A DNA stretch of 64,000 nt from NCBI GenBank assembly GCA_964187785.1, contig OZ076409.1:39742001-39806000 (forward strand), given 5' to 3'. How positions within the stretch are numbered: the stretch's first letter is position 1; the number at the start of each line of letters is the position of its first letter. This document shows, piece by piece, positions 62,914 to 64,000 of this stretch. Made by a program: the position numbers and the translations under genes. The notes under the pieces are model-generated. The model saw nothing but the letters and a program-made list of their open reading frames with translations. It ran no database searches and was not told the origin of the DNA. Origin of the DNA: Amphiscolops sp. MND2022 (lineage: Eukaryota).

Positions 62914-63588
62914 CTGGACATCATGGACAAAAACAACAGCCTTTCCCGTGTTGTCAAACTGGGGTCGACCGGCTCTTCCAATCATCTGCAAAACATCCGT
63001 GATGGGCATCAGCTGATACTTTTTACTCTTGCCATCATAGTACTCCGTGCCTTTCACTATGACCAAATGAGCTGGGAAGTTGACACCCCAAGCCAAAGTT
63101 GCAGTGGCAATGAGGACTTGTATTTTTTGATTGACAAACATTTCTTCAACTATGTTTCTATCCGTTTCTGTGAGACCAGCATGGTGGATTCCAATTCCAA
63201 AAGCTAACAGCAATTTCAAGTTTGTTTCTTTTACCATTGACAAATAACCGTCCAGTTCTTCTTGTGAGCAATGCAACCACTGCTTGGCGTTTTCAGAAAC
63301 TAAGAATGCAACCAAATCCAAAGCTGTAAGTCTGGTCTGTCGACGAGACGATACAAAAATGAGCACTGGTTTGTTGGGGGAATGGGTTCTGATTTGTTGA
63401 TAAGCAGGTTTGTTCATAGATGCCATTCGTGGACAGTAATGTCTGCCAGCAAAACCTGCGATGTGTATTTCAAGAGGAACGGGTCGAACAGATGGCTTGA
63501 AGTTGAAAAGGCCTTGGGTTTTGATCCCAAGCCAGTCCGCCAAGTCCCGGGCATTGGCCAAAGCAGTAGAAAGTCCAATCACTCGAAC
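62914..63588 (-). CDS. ASCC3: ASCC3 exon (second Ski2-like helicase cassette, RecA2); the gene continues beyond the window
   Basis: [20 protein letters not shown]...[14 protein letters not shown]...[20 protein letters not shown] is the ASCC3 rather than the SNRNP200 signature. Acceptor ttttcag|, donor CAG|gtcagt. Confidence 0.9.
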
Positions 63589-63630
63589 CTGAAAAAATAT
63601 TAAAGGAACAACCATGATTCCCTTTTGAAA

Positions 63631-64000
63631 ATAGGCCCCTGCGGGGCATACTATCATTTCTGCTTTTAGGCTTTCATCTTCAATAATAGAAGCATATCTT
63701 CATCATTTACATAGCGCACAATTAATCACTCTACCAGTTTACACCGCCTTTAATTCTTCTCGGACTAAAGAAAATATAACTACTAAGCGAAGACGAAGTT
63801 TCGCATTCGCATTTGAATACAGGCGGAGCTCTCGGCGAACGAATAATTAACACTCGTTCGCTTCAGCTTCATCTCAATAACTCGACGTACGAAAGCATAA
63901 TTACGAACATTCGCACGCTTCATCTCAATGAATTCGGCGTGCGAATGCATAATTACCACTCGCTGGTTCCATCGCACGAGAAACGAAATTTAAATCTCAC
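63631..64000 (+). repeat. Dispersed repeat, paralog of 46218-46612, in an ASCC3 intron
   Basis: Direct sequence similarity; internal taattaacactcgttcgcttcatctcaat subunits. Confidence 0.85.

Noticed and set aside
48645-63588. Clustering of chromatin genes (CenH3, ASCC3, a CENP-B-related pogo fragment) near the SET/JmjC element
   Set aside because: They lie more than 30 kb away across unrelated repeats with no shared motif; most likely coincidence.
62839-63657. SNRNP200/Brr2 as the identity of the helicase
   Set aside because: [11 protein letters not shown] and the C-terminal AYAPKFPKPK...GWFL signature fit ASCC3 better.

Overview
Repeat-rich animal genomic DNA (GT-AG introns; the repeat vocabulary reminds me of the acoel Symsagittifera, an unverified impression). 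The standout is a ~11.5-kb element (about 6056-17562) sitting in an (AAT)n microsatellite, with imperfect inverted ends and clustered GTGCAACTTG subterminal repeats. It carries two divergent genes: (i) a minus-strand Suv4-20-type SET domain plus zinc fingers that a 143-bp intron joins in frame to a tyrosine recombinase (predicted 1187 aa), and (ii) a plus-strand multi-exon zinc-finger/JmjC gene of the KDM2/KDM7 type. A private ~19-bp motif (ATTTGCCATCGGTCGCGAG) recurs 13 times inside the element, and I saw it nowhere else in the window. This looks like a Crypton-like tyrosine-recombinase DNA transposon carrying a histone methyl writer and eraser; this copy shows apparent lesions at the YR Arg-I, the JmjC HxD, one frameshift and one splice acceptor. 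Host genes: a two-exon CenH3/CENP-A-like histone (48645-51518, minus) and the last three exons of ASCC3 (60571-63588, minus). The rest is decayed Ty3/gypsy, a non-LTR retrotransposon, Tc1/mariner and pogo fragments, MITE-like repeats and several long palindromes. All homology calls come from by-eye motif recognition; no searches were run.
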